IMG/VR virus record: IMGVR_UViG_3300046673_000306
Span: 1-64,000 of that record
Source of the DNA: a virus
Strand: one strand, 5' to 3'
Length of the DNA stretch: 64,000 nucleotides
The number at the start of each line of letters is the position of its first letter. Within the stretch, counting starts at the first letter, position 1. A program made the translations under genes and the position numbers. This document shows, in pieces, positions 1 through 9,225 of the stretch. The notes below the pieces were generated by a model. That model was not told where the DNA came from, ran no database searches, and worked only from the letters and a program-made list of their open reading frames with translations.

Positions 1-2208
1 AGCCTCCTCGGTTTCAACGTGAGAGCCATCACGATCCTTGACGATGACGATCTTGTTCGGAATCCGATCCCCGAAATTCTCCAAGTGCGAGACCAGGAAC
101 ACCTGGTGGTCCTTCCCGATCTCCAAGATGGTGCTGGCGAAGGCGTCGACTCCGGACTGGTCCAAGTCGCTGACCTCGTCGATCATGACCAGGTCCACGC
201 GCTTGCCCGCTCTCCGGCTGATGACCTTGGCCAGGGCCATCCTTATGGCCAGGGCCACGCGCGCGGCCTCGCCTCCGCTGTACTGCCTGAAGTCCCGGGC
301 CCCGAGTTCGTCGCTGACGATGATGTCCAGGGTCTCCGCAGTCTTGCCCGTCTTCAGCTCCTTCTGCGTCGCGAACTCGACCTTGATCCTGCCCCCGGTC
401 AGCTTCTCCATGACGTCGTTGACCTCGGACTGGATTTCCCCCAGCGCGTTATCCAGGATCAGGGCCGGTATCCCGTTTCTTGAGAAGGCCCTGGTCAGCT
501 CCTTGTAGACGAACTGCTGGTCCACGGCCTCCTTGTGCCGCACCCGGTCGGCCTCCAGCTGCTTGCCCTTGCTCCGGCAGGCCTCGGCTCGGGCCTGGAG
601 CACCCCCAGTTCCTGACTGGCCTGGGCCCGGCGGTTGGCCAGCGCCGTCTCCTGGGCCCGAGCCGCGACGATCCTGGCCTCGGCCTGGGAGGCCTCGGCC
701 TCGGAGTAGGCGTGGCTGCCCAAGGACTTCTCCGCCACGATCTTGCGCCCGCCCCACTGCGTCCGCTCCGACGCGATCTCGTCCGCGCGCCTCTTGAAAG
801 ACTCCTCCACCTGCTGGCGCCGAGCCCCCGCCGACTGCACCTGGTTCTTCGCCATCTCGATCTGGCTGAGTTCGCGCTTGAAGTTGTCCAGGTCCCGGCG
901 CAGCTCCCCCTGCTGCGCCACGGAGTTGGCCAGGCCCCGGACCTCGGCTTCGACCTGGGCGCAGCGTTCGACCACGGATTTGGCCTGCGCGGCCTTGGCG
1001 TCGTAGTCCTTGCGCTTGGCCGTGCCCTCGGCCACGATGTCCTCCATGATCTTCTTCTGCGCGTCCTCGGTCAGCGCCGAGTAGCAGGTCGGGCACCGCG
1101 ACCCGATCTGGGTCACCTGCCCGAGCTTTGACCTCAGCCTCGCCAGGTCCTTGTCCATGACCTCGATCTCGCGCTGGTATCCATCGCGCTGGACCCTGAG
1201 CGTGGCCTGCTCGGTCTGCAACTGGTTCAGGCGCTTCTCCACCTGCTCGTAGGTCTTGATCTTGGCCTCGACCTCGGCGGCGGCCCTGGTCACCGTGGGC
1301 TCGCGCTGGACCATCTGGGACATGCGCTGGCACTCGGCGTCGACGCCAGCCAGCTGCTCGGTGCGGTCCCGCTCCGCGTACTCCTGCTGGCTGCGCAGCC
1401 GATCGAGGCTCTGATCGGCTTGGATCAGGTCAGACTGGAGCTTCTGGTGGAAGGCGGCCTTGGCCCGGACCTCCCCGGCAGCCCTCACCGCCTCCTCGAC
1501 AACGGAGTTGGCCGCGACGGACTTGTCCGCCAGGTCCGAGACCTCCTCCTCCAACCTAGCCAGGGCCTCGTCCCCCACGGTCTCCTGGCCTATCTCCAGC
1601 TGGATGCGGTCGATGGCCAGGCCCAGGGCCTGAGCGTCGCGCTCGTGGTCGGAGGCCAGGCGCCGGGCCCGCTCCTCGACGTCCGCGTAGCCGTCGATGC
1701 CGAGGATCGTGCTCAGGACCTCCTTGCGCTTGGACGGGAGTTGGCTCGGGAATAGGTCCAGCTTCTTCTGGGGGGAGTACACGGTATTGCTGAAGACCTC
1801 GTAGTCCATACCCAGGACCTCTACGATGCGGGCCTGCGTCTCCTTCACGGAGTTGCCCCGCAGCTTCTTGTCGTTAGTCAGGTCCGAGAACAGCAGGCTC
1901 TGGCTCTTGCCACGCTTGCGCGAGCGCACGACCTCGTACTTGACGCCGTCGATCTCGAAGACGTTGGTCACCTTCATCTCGTCGGTGCCGAGGCGGATCA
2001 GGTCGTCGTCGCTCGCGGCGCGGCTGACGCCGAACAGGGACCAGGCCACGGCCTCGATCAGTGTGCTCTTGCCCGCGCCGTTCGACTCCCCGGGGTCACC
2101 ACCCACGTACTTGCCCGTGATCAGGACCGGCCCGGAGTAGCGATCGAGGGCGAACTCCTGGTCCGCGTAGGCCATGAAGTTTTCGAGCTTGATCCTTAGT
2201 TCTCTCAT
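1..2208 (-). CDS. sbcC: SbcC/Rad50-like SMC ATPase (stop lies just outside the window)
   Basis: Manual translation: MRELRIKLENFMAY...SNGAGKSTLIEA (Walker A), long coiled coil, CPTC Zn hook, SGGE signature, VMIDE Walker B, VSH H-loop. ATGA overlap with the upstream ORF. Not in the ORF track. Confidence 0.92.
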   Translation of the reverse strand, partial: MRELRIKLENFMAYADQEFALDRYSGPVLITGKYVGGDPGESNGAGKSTLIEAVAWSLFGVSRAASDDDLIRLGTDEMKVTNVFEIDGVKYEVVRSRKRGKSQSLLFSDLTNDKKLRGNSVKETQARIVEVLGMDYEVFSNTVYSPQKKLDLFPSQLPSKRKEVLSTILGIDGYADVEERARRLASDHERDAQALGLAIDRIQLEIGQETVGDEALARLEEEVSDLADKSVAANSVVEEAVRAAGEVRAKAAFHQKLQSDLIQADQSLDRLRSQQEYAERDRTEQLAGVDAECQRMSQMVQREPTVTRAAAEVEAKIKTYEQVEKRLNQLQTEQATLRVQRDGYQREIEVMDKDLARLRSKLGQVTQIGSRCPTCYSALTEDAQKKIMEDIVAEGTAKRKDYDAKAAQAKSVVERCAQVEAEVRGLANSVAQQGELRRDLDNFKRELSQIEMAKNQVQSAGARRQQVEESFKRRADEIASERTQWGGRKIVAEKSLGSHAYSEAEASQAEARIVAARAQETALANRRAQASQELGVLQARAEACRSKGKQLEADRVRHKEAVDQQFVYKELTRAFSRNGIPALILDNALGEIQSEVNDVMEKLTGGRIKVEFATQKELKTGKTAETLDIIVSDELGARDFRQYSGGEAARVALAIRMALAKVISRRAGKRVDLVMIDEVSDLDQSGVDAFASTILEIGKDHQVFLVSHLENFGDRIPNKIVIVKDRDGSHVETEEA

Positions 2209-2579
2209 ATGTCAAACCTCGCCTGATGGGCGACGACTCCGAACTTGGCCTTGGCTCCGGCGTCGCAGACCCTGAGCAAGGATATCAGGCCGTGGATTCC
2301 GCTGATCAATCCCTCCCGCCAGTCGAAGTACTCGCTCTCGGTCTGGGCGATGCGGAACCGGTCCTCGGCCATGGGCCGCATCTTTTGGGAGGTCACGGGG
2401 TAGCCCTTGGCCCTGATCTCGGCGATGGCGCGCAGGATCGAGTCCTCGGACAGGCCCGTCTCCTTCTTGGCGTCGACCATGGCCATGTTCTCGCCGCTAC
2501 CCCGACCGCAGCTGGAGACCAGGCAGTCGTATACGACCTTGTCGAAGATCAGGCCCTCTGCGGGCTTGCTCTCGGCCAT
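2205..2579 (-). CDS. hypothetical protein (possible HTH)
   Basis: 124 aa ORF packed between E1 and sbcC. Confidence 0.65.
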   Translation of the reverse strand: MAESKPAEGLIFDKVVYDCLVSSCGRGSGENMAMVDAKKETGLSEDSILRAIAEIRAKGYPVTSQKMRPMAEDRFRIAQTESEYFDWREGLISGIHGLISLLRVCDAGAKAKFGVVAHQARFDI

Positions 2580-2580
2580 C

Positions 2581-3309
2581 TCAGACCTGGCTCCCGATCA
2601 GCTTGTGCTGGCGACAGTGGAAGGTCGTCTCGTTGCGGAACGGAACACCGTTAACGAAGGAGCTGACCGTGCTCGCGATGAAGGCGGCGGAGAAGAACGA
2701 GGAGTAGGAGACGGCTTGCGCGGTGCAGGGCAGGTGCTCACCCTCCTCGGAGCTATACAGGTTCTCCTCATAGAAGGCCTCGTGCATGGGGTCGTGAGGG
2801 TTCACCGCGTACATGCGCAGGACCTCTCCGCCCATGCGCACGTCTATGACCAGGCGGATCGCGGGGCAGGCTTTCGCCACCTCCCACAGGTGCTTGCGCG
2901 CATCCATATTATCCACGGCCATGACCAAGATCGTCTGATCGTCGAAAGTGGGGCGCGCATCCTTGTCCAGGTGCTGGACGATGCCCACGACCTGCTGGTC
3001 AGTCAAGTCCTGGACGATCCCGGCCAGAACCTCGACCTTGCGCTTACCCACGGCGTAGGACTGATAGACTTGACAGCTAACGTTATGCTCGTCGACGACG
3101 TCCCGGTCCCAGACCGTGATCTTCTGCGCGCCCATCTTCGCCAGGGCCAGGGCGGTCCACGACCCCACTGACCCCGCCCCCACCACGACGAAGCTCCACT
3201 CGTTGAGCTTCTCCGGGCTCATGAGGTCGAGCTGGCGCCAGTACTTCTGGTTCTTCTCCGGCGGCTTCGGGGCCTCGACGGCGTTCACGTCTGCGGTTAT
3301 GGTTTCCAC
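2581..3309 (-). CDS. E1-like ThiF/MoeB-family Ubl-activating enzyme
   Basis: GAGSVG, DRDVVDEHNVSCQ, GKRKVE, AVDN, DVRMG and candidate catalytic Cys in LPC; GTG start after GAGGAGG. Confidence 0.9.
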   Translation of the reverse strand: METITADVNAVEAPKPPEKNQKYWRQLDLMSPEKLNEWSFVVVGAGSVGSWTALALAKMGAQKITVWDRDVVDEHNVSCQVYQSYAVGKRKVEVLAGIVQDLTDQQVVGIVQHLDKDARPTFDDQTILVMAVDNMDARKHLWEVAKACPAIRLVIDVRMGGEVLRMYAVNPHDPMHEAFYEENLYSSEEGEHLPCTAQAVSYSSFFSAAFIASTVSSFVNGVPFRNETTFHCRQHKLIGSQV

Positions 3310-3311
3310 GG

Positions 3312-4067
3312 TTATCTCCTCCTCACGGTCTTGAGCGGCTTGAACTTCATTATCCGCCCCATCTCCTCGCGGTAGGCCTCGGCCTGCCCGGGGTTGAACA
3401 CGGGCGCGACCTTGAGCGGGAGGTTGTCGATCCCGTAGCGCACGGGGTCGTAGAAGTCGACGCGGCACCGGCTCTCCAGGCGCTGATTCACGACGATGGA
3501 CATCGTGAACCTGGAATTGTGCAGGGCCTCGACCGTGTCCATGTCCGTGGTGCTGAAGAACACGGGCATGGTGTGGTGGCTGTGCCAGAACAGGTCGTAG
3601 CCCTCGGTGTCGAGGCCGTGCTTGCGCATCTGCCGCATGAACTGGTTCAGCGTCTCCTCGAATATGCGGCTGGACGCAGCCGTGTTCACCTGCTCCAGGG
3701 CCACGACGTCCTGGACCAGGAAGGAGTTGCCGGTCCGCACGACCTTGCCGAAGCCGCTGACCTCTCCCGGCGCCTGCATCGTGTAGCACATCATCTTATT
3801 GTAAGCGGCCTGATCGATCACGATCTCGAAGGCACGCTTCATCAGCAGTATCTGCTGGAGGGACGAGAAGTTCTCTATGGGCAGGAACCGAGCGTCCTTG
3901 GGCACCGCCGGTGGCCACAGGCAGCCGATCCTAACCGGCTGATACGTGGCCCCGGTGATATTCAGAGCCGACAGCGAGAGGCTGCTCGGCACGATCTCTG
4001 GCGTCAGCTCCGAGCCCTGCGTCTGCGTCAGGGTCCCGGTCAGGACCCCCTCCGTGGTCTGGATCAT
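3312..4067 (-). CDS. JAB/MPN+ metallo-isopeptidase
   Basis: GEVSG ... WHSHHTMPVFFSTTD matches E...HxH-x7-S-x2-D. Confidence 0.9.
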   Translation of the reverse strand: MIQTTEGVLTGTLTQTQGSELTPEIVPSSLSLSALNITGATYQPVRIGCLWPPAVPKDARFLPIENFSSLQQILLMKRAFEIVIDQAAYNKMMCYTMQAPGEVSGFGKVVRTGNSFLVQDVVALEQVNTAASSRIFEETLNQFMRQMRKHGLDTEGYDLFWHSHHTMPVFFSTTDMDTVEALHNSRFTMSIVVNQRLESRCRVDFYDPVRYGIDNLPLKVAPVFNPGQAEAYREEMGRIMKFKPLKTVRRR

Positions 4068-5701
4068 CCTACCTCCTCGATTTCGCTCACGTTCGCGGTG
4101 AATGCTTGGTGCTTCTTAACCGTCTCGGCTAAGGTCTCCTCCGACGCCGTCTTCGCTTCTGGACCATCGTGCAAGGCTTCTCGGGGTACGCCCAGAGCCT
4201 TGTGCACCTCGCTCTTGACGTCCTCCATTTTCTGCAAGAACTGGCCCGGAGTAGCGGGACCCGCATGGATTACTTCGACATCATAGCGAATAGGCATCAC
4301 ACCCGGAGCCACCGGGGTTGCCTGCTCTCCCGGGGTAAAGGCCTGGAGCACGGCTGGGGTCCGCACGCAGTCCTCGATCTTGTTGTGTCGGCTATCGACG
4401 TTATAGCAGTGCAGCCACTCGTGCATGATCTGGAAGACCATGGCGTAGCGCTCCATACCGATCAGCTTCGGGATGTCACTGCCCATATTACCAAGGCAAG
4501 GGTGCTCGGAGCCGGTGCTCAGGTGCGGGTGGGAGGCCCCGGTCTTGGTCTCGTGCCGGAGTTCGATGGCGCCGTTCTGGCGGATGCAGACCAGGAACTT
4601 GCCCAGCGCGTACTTCTTGCCCTCGTGCTCGATCGTCACGGGCGCGCTCATGCCGATGATCCGACCGTGCCTGATCTTGAACTTCTCGTAGAGGCCATCA
4701 TCCACGAGCTTGAGCAGCATCCGAACTTCCTTGGACAGCTCCGCGTCCAGGGCCCCGGAGCCGAGGAGAGTGATCTCCTTCTGGCTCTCGCGCACGGCCC
4801 GCGACTTCTCGATCAGGCTCTTCTCCAGGGACCTGATCTCACTCATGGCGGAGTCGATCTTGTCTTGCAGGGACTTCTGGCGCTTGCGCATGGAGTCGCC
4901 GCAGAACTCGCGGAATAAGGAATCCGTTACCTCTCCCCTGATCTCCCTGGCGTAGCCCCCGACTATGCGCTGGTACTGGGACAGCACGTGCTCGATCAGG
5001 GGCGCGATCCGCTCCGGCGCCGAAGCTACCTGGTGTCGGTCCCTCATCACCATCCCGCTGGGCAGTTTCTCGTCGGGCAGAGCCTTCTCTGCCTCGGGGA
5101 TGTAGAGCATGGTATAGACGTACTTCCCCTCGATCCTTCCGATGAATGTCTTGCGGTCGTCGTAGATGTTGGCGTAGGCCGGGAACTCCGGGGAGCACAA
5201 CTTCTCCGGGGCCTTCCGCGATTGCAGCTCGTCGAGCCCCACCCTCCACGCGCCCTCGTTCGGGTTAACCGAGGACTTCTCCAGGGCCTTGGGATCGCCG
5301 CTGAGGAAGAGGACCAGGGTGTTGGGCCCGACCCGCATGTCCACCAGCGGCCTCTCGTAGAACTCGTAGGGGGCCATGCCCCCGGTGAGCACGACCCGCA
5401 GGTCCTTGCCGAGCCTGTCCGCCCACGCCGAAAAGAGTGGGCGAAGCCCGTCGAGGCCATCCCCGACGAGCTTCACCCTGCGGCCCTTGGGGCTGCGGCA
5501 TACGGATACTCGGAACTCTCCGCGCTTCGGTTCGGGCCTGCTCTCGGGTGCCTTCTCGCACTTCATGTCCGAGGACTCATCGTAGGACACGGTCGTCCGA
5601 GAGGCACCGCTGCCCCAGGCCACGTAGTTGGTTCCTGCTGATGTCGTCCCGCCCGCGATTACTCCCGTCCCGTAGTCTGGAGAGTTCGAGTACCCGCTCA
5701 T
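4064..5701 (-). CDS. coiled-coil protein with C-terminal E2-like (UBC) domain
   Basis: HPHLSTGSEHPCLG resembles the E2 HPN...C active site; flanked by Ubl and JAB. Confidence 0.7.
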   Translation of the reverse strand: MSGYSNSPDYGTGVIAGGTTSAGTNYVAWGSGASRTTVSYDESSDMKCEKAPESRPEPKRGEFRVSVCRSPKGRRVKLVGDGLDGLRPLFSAWADRLGKDLRVVLTGGMAPYEFYERPLVDMRVGPNTLVLFLSGDPKALEKSSVNPNEGAWRVGLDELQSRKAPEKLCSPEFPAYANIYDDRKTFIGRIEGKYVYTMLYIPEAEKALPDEKLPSGMVMRDRHQVASAPERIAPLIEHVLSQYQRIVGGYAREIRGEVTDSLFREFCGDSMRKRQKSLQDKIDSAMSEIRSLEKSLIEKSRAVRESQKEITLLGSGALDAELSKEVRMLLKLVDDGLYEKFKIRHGRIIGMSAPVTIEHEGKKYALGKFLVCIRQNGAIELRHETKTGASHPHLSTGSEHPCLGNMGSDIPKLIGMERYAMVFQIMHEWLHCYNVDSRHNKIEDCVRTPAVLQAFTPGEQATPVAPGVMPIRYDVEVIHAGPATPGQFLQKMEDVKSEVHKALGVPREALHDGPEAKTASEETLAETVKKHQAFTANVSEIEEVG

Positions 5702-5705
5702 ACCC

Positions 5706-5990
5706 CTACTCCCGGCCCGCCTGGACCTTGGGAAGCCGGTACAACGTCGGCTCGCTGCCGGTGATGACGCTGGTCCAGCCGCAGACCTTGCCGTTGAGGC
5801 GCCAGCCCTCGTCCTTCGCGGTCTTGTCCTCGGGCACGCTCTGGCCCGCCAGCTTCAGGGCCTCGGCCACGGTCGTCACGCCCTCGACGACCTCGATCTC
5901 CTTGGTCTTGTCCCGGAACTCGCCGACGTCGAGCTTGACCTTCTTCACTCCGACCTTCAGCTTCTTCTTCTTTCCCACCGGTGGTGTCAC
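5706..5990 (-). CDS. ubiquitin-like beta-grasp protein
   Basis: TTVAEALKLAG, WRLNG, C-terminus PKVQAG-RE; GGAGG RBS. Confidence 0.8.
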   Translation of the reverse strand: MTPPVGKKKKLKVGVKKVKLDVGEFRDKTKEIEVVEGVTTVAEALKLAGQSVPEDKTAKDEGWRLNGKVCGWTSVITGSEPTLYRLPKVQAGRE

Positions 5991-6054
5991 CTTGCCCTCC
6001 TGTTCCTGCGATTTGACCGGGGATAGCGAGCCCCCGGCCTCGCCGCCTTAGCGG

Positions 6055-6936
6055 CTACTTCCTGTTACCTTCCAGATAGACGCGGATCAGGGTCAGGACC
6101 CTAGGCCAGTCCTCGTCGTCGACCATGGACTGAATCTCTCCCCGCTGATCCCCGAAGCAGACATTGCATAGCCCGGACGCGTTCTCGTTGTGGGGGACGT
6201 CAGATGCCACCTGCCCCGGGCCCACGTTCTCGATCACTATCCTCGTGGGCGACAACTCGGGGAAGACCTTGATCGCGTACTCGCCCCGCCGCGTGACCCC
6301 GAGCTTGGCCTCGACATCCATCGGGCCTGTGTAGGCGACGAGGACGCGGCGCTCGCCCTCCTGGACCATCTCGACGTTGGCGAAGAGCCTGGACTTGACT
6401 AGGGCCAGGAGCTTACCGGCCAGGGCCGCAGGCCAGACCTCGCCGCCGACCTTGGACGCCTCCAGCCGGACCAGGTTCTCGTTGCGCATCTTCATGATGT
6501 TGTGGGCGCGCTGGATCGCGGCCTCGTACTCGGCGACCTCGGACTTGGCCTTGGCGATCCTACCGTCGATCTGGGTGGAGAACGACTGCCAGCGGGAGTG
6601 GGCGAAGTCCTCGATCATCTTCTGCTGGGCCGCGATATCGACCTTGACCCGCACCCGCTCCCGGCGCCTGATTTCGGGCCGGAACCACTCCGCCAGTCGC
6701 CTCCTCCCGTCCTTGAACACGAGGACGTCGCCGTCGATCGTCGCGACCTCGTGCTCGGACCCGGGAACCAGGCCTATGCTCGTGGACGCCTGCCCCGCGA
6801 CGACGACGTCTCCTCGCAAGAGCTTGGCCGCGAAATCCTTGGGGTCCTTGACCTTGACCACGCGCGTGCGGTACGTCGGGATCGGCAGGACCGCGTCCTT
6901 CACCTTCTCCACCGCATCCATGATCTTGCGCATCAC
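6055..6936 (-). CDS. second coiled-coil plus E2-like protein
   Basis: Same layout as 4064..5701; VPHNENASGLCNVCFG motif. Confidence 0.55.
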   Translation of the reverse strand: MMRKIMDAVEKVKDAVLPIPTYRTRVVKVKDPKDFAAKLLRGDVVVAGQASTSIGLVPGSEHEVATIDGDVLVFKDGRRRLAEWFRPEIRRRERVRVKVDIAAQQKMIEDFAHSRWQSFSTQIDGRIAKAKSEVAEYEAAIQRAHNIMKMRNENLVRLEASKVGGEVWPAALAGKLLALVKSRLFANVEMVQEGERRVLVAYTGPMDVEAKLGVTRRGEYAIKVFPELSPTRIVIENVGPGQVASDVPHNENASGLCNVCFGDQRGEIQSMVDDEDWPRVLTLIRVYLEGNRK

Positions 6937-7250
6937 CCTTGCACCACCCGAGGGACCGAGTGGCAGCTGAGGGTCATGATGCAGTAGCCCTTGGGCAGGC
7001 CGAACCTCGGGCCCTCCAGGAGGTAGTCGATCCTGCTCATCAGCTCCCGGCCCGTGTACTCCAGGTCGACGGCAGCCTTCTTATCGGTGTGGGGCACGTC
7101 CTTGACCACGGACCTAACCTCACGCTCGTGCAGGAAGTGGCCGACCCCGTAACCGCGATCGTTCCTCCGGAACTCCCATGGCTTCAGGCCGTTGACCCTG
7201 GCCTGGAACACGTCCTCGTGCGTCTTGATCTGGTGAGTCATCTGCTCCAC
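6933..7250 (-). CDS. ASCH/DUF3850-family protein
   Basis: HQIK...GLKPWEFRRNDRGYGVG...YTGR...GYCIMTL. Confidence 0.85.
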   Translation of the reverse strand: MEQMTHQIKTHEDVFQARVNGLKPWEFRRNDRGYGVGHFLHEREVRSVVKDVPHTDKKAAVDLEYTGRELMSRIDYLLEGPRFGLPKGYCIMTLSCHSVPRVVQG

Positions 7251-7251
7251 G

Positions 7252-8457
7252 TTATTCGCCTCCTGATATGAGTTTCTTCCCCGCCACCACCACCTGCTCC
7301 TTCACCGCCGACGAGTAATCTTGGGTCCCAACCCACTTCTCCAGGGCTGCCACCGGGCTCAGGGCCTCGGTGATCTCGGGGGCGCGCTGGAGCTTGGCCT
7401 CGCACATGTCGAAGCTGACGGTGCGCACACGCTCGGCGCCGAGCTTGACCAGAAGGTCTCCCAGGCGCCGGTCGTCCACCCCCACCTTCTGACCGGAACC
7501 GCACTTGATCGTGACCTTGACGATCGCACCCTTCAGATCGTAGTCCTCCATCTTCCCCTCAAGCCACCCCTGGAGGTTGGAGACGGACTCCGGGGCCCCG
7601 AAGAACTTGCTGCCCTCCGCCTGGTTGGGGCTGAGGTCGGCGACGATGTGGAGGAAGCGCCGGGCCGGGGTCGGGATAAACTCGACCTTGATCTCGGGTC
7701 CGTAGACCTCGTAGTAGATGAAGCCCTTCGGGTCATCAGCCTCACCGAAGTCGACTCGGTCTATGCTCCCGCAGTACCCGATCCAGGGCTTGTCGTGCAT
7801 CCGCTGAGCTTTATGGACATCGCCAAGCAGGACCGCGAGCAGCCGGGGGTCGACCAAGTCCCCCAGGGGGATATTCTGGTCGTCACCCACTACATATTCA
7901 TTGGTCCCGACCTTGGCCTCCTTGACGAGAAAGTGGGAGACCAGGATCATGCGGCTGCCTGCGGGGCAGCGCGAGATCAAGTCATTCATCACCTGCTTGA
8001 AGTAGGTCCTGTAGTTCAGCCCCGAGCGCTGGAGCAGCGCCTTCCCGATGTGGGGGATCAGCAGGCGATAGGCGATGGTCTGGTCGCCGCACATGACCGG
8101 CCTCACTGTGGGCTCCTCGATCACGTCCATGGCATTGCCGAGGTTGCGCATGTCCACGAAGGCGTGCACCGAGCCCCCGGCCTCGCTCTCGCGGATATCG
8201 TGGTTGGCGACGATGATCTCCGACTCGATCCCGTGCCGCCTCAGGAGCCGGACGCGGTGCATTATGTCCGTCTCGATCGGGAGGGGGTGGGACGACCTGT
8301 AGCCGTCACCACCGTGCGTGAAGCAGAAGGGGACCTTGGGGCCCAGGGCGTCGGCGCGCCGGATCGTCTCGGCGATGACGAAGTCCACGCACTTGGCCGT
8401 GTCCTCAAGGTTGCGCGTGGCGTCGATGTGCCAATCGCTGCTGAAGCAGCCAGCCAA
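7252..8457 (-). CDS. sbcD: SbcD/Mre11-like metallophosphoesterase nuclease
   Basis: SDWHI, GGD, ANHD, VSH, LGDVH, YCGSIDRVDFGE motifs. Confidence 0.92.
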   Translation of the reverse strand: MAGCFSSDWHIDATRNLEDTAKCVDFVIAETIRRADALGPKVPFCFTHGGDGYRSSHPLPIETDIMHRVRLLRRHGIESEIIVANHDIRESEAGGSVHAFVDMRNLGNAMDVIEEPTVRPVMCGDQTIAYRLLIPHIGKALLQRSGLNYRTYFKQVMNDLISRCPAGSRMILVSHFLVKEAKVGTNEYVVGDDQNIPLGDLVDPRLLAVLLGDVHKAQRMHDKPWIGYCGSIDRVDFGEADDPKGFIYYEVYGPEIKVEFIPTPARRFLHIVADLSPNQAEGSKFFGAPESVSNLQGWLEGKMEDYDLKGAIVKVTIKCGSGQKVGVDDRRLGDLLVKLGAERVRTVSFDMCEAKLQRAPEITEALSPVAALEKWVGTQDYSSAVKEQVVVAGKKLISGGE

Positions 8458-8468
8458 ATCAGGTTTAA

Positions 8469-8573
8469 TCAGAACGCCTCCTTGAACTTGCGCTCGATGC
8501 AGTCCGAGGCCTCGATCGGATCGTAGGTCTTCTCGAAGATGTCGGCCACCGGCTTCTTCCGGAACCTACCCAT
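8469..8573 (-). pseudogene. 34-aa remnant of a common phage protein (both termini only)
   Basis: MGRFRKKPVADIFEKTYDPIEASDCIERKFKEAF; GGGAGA RBS. Confidence 0.5.
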
Positions 8574-9087
8574 GAGATTCTCCCTTATCCGCTTGCGGCA
8601 TCGGCGCCTGGGCCGCAGGCTTCCGATCTTGCTTCAGGAACTCCCTGGCGATGAATGCCGTGGCGTTGCCGCTGTTAAGTATCCTCTGCAAGGTGTCCCG
8701 CATCGACTCCATGGTTTCGAGACCCAGCTCCGGCTTCTCCGCAGCGATCCAGCGCATCCTCGCGACGGAGTCCACCCCCACGATCTTGGTCATGATCTCG
8801 CAGAGGCGGATCACGAAGTCGCCGTCGCTGTTCTGGTGGAGCTTGCGGACGTGGCAGGCGTAGCACAGGGTCGCGCCGTTGCAGACGTTGTAGGCCAGGG
8901 GCTGGCAGTGGCCCTTGGCGAACAGCCAGTGGTGGGCCTGGAGGTTCTCGGTCTTGGGGCACATCAGGCACTTGTTGCCGTCGCGCAGCCTCACGACCCT
9001 GGACCACAGCTCGCTCAGAGCCTTCTTCACGCGCTTGAGGCGCACGGCCTTAGTCGGAGGTCTCTTGGCCTTCTTGTTTTTGCTCAT
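8566..9087 (-). CDS. NinG/Rap-like HNH-fold endonuclease
   Basis: LWSRVVRLRD..CLMC..AHH..NGATLCYACH. Confidence 0.75.
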   Translation of the reverse strand: MSKNKKAKRPPTKAVRLKRVKKALSELWSRVVRLRDGNKCLMCPKTENLQAHHWLFAKGHCQPLAYNVCNGATLCYACHVRKLHQNSDGDFVIRLCEIMTKIVGVDSVARMRWIAAEKPELGLETMESMRDTLQRILNSGNATAFIAREFLKQDRKPAAQAPMPQADKGESHG

Positions 9088-9188
9088 AAAAAAAAGGTGG
9101 GACGCCCGTTGCACCTGATTCGAGAGAGAACCCTCGACCAGACGGGCGACCCATAAAGTAAAAAAGGTTCTCTGTTCATCAGGTGCAC
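9088..9188 (-). ncRNA. structured 5' leader (A-B-A'-B' pseudoknot type)
   Basis: GCACCTGAT/ATCAGGTGC and AGAGAACC/GGTTCTCT crossing GGGTCGCCCGT/ACGGGCGTCCC, then U8-ATG. Confidence 0.6.
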
Positions 9189-9192
9189 TATC

Positions 9193-9225
9193 ATCATAGC
9201 AAACCCACGGAATTTGTCAAGACCC
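9193..9225 (-). promoter_or_regulatory. sigma70-type promoter
   Basis: GGGTC-TTGACA-16-TATGAT with extended TG. Confidence 0.7.

Noticed and set aside
19-2140. Plus-strand ORFs here and long antisense ORFs elsewhere (e.g. 7321..8526, 11185..12636, 24661..26016)
   Set aside because: Shadow frames of high-GC genes on the opposite strand; no motifs.
2581-3309. ThiF/MoeB for thiamine or molybdopterin synthesis
   Set aside because: No thiG, moaE or sulfurtransferase; neighbours are JAB and E2-like genes.
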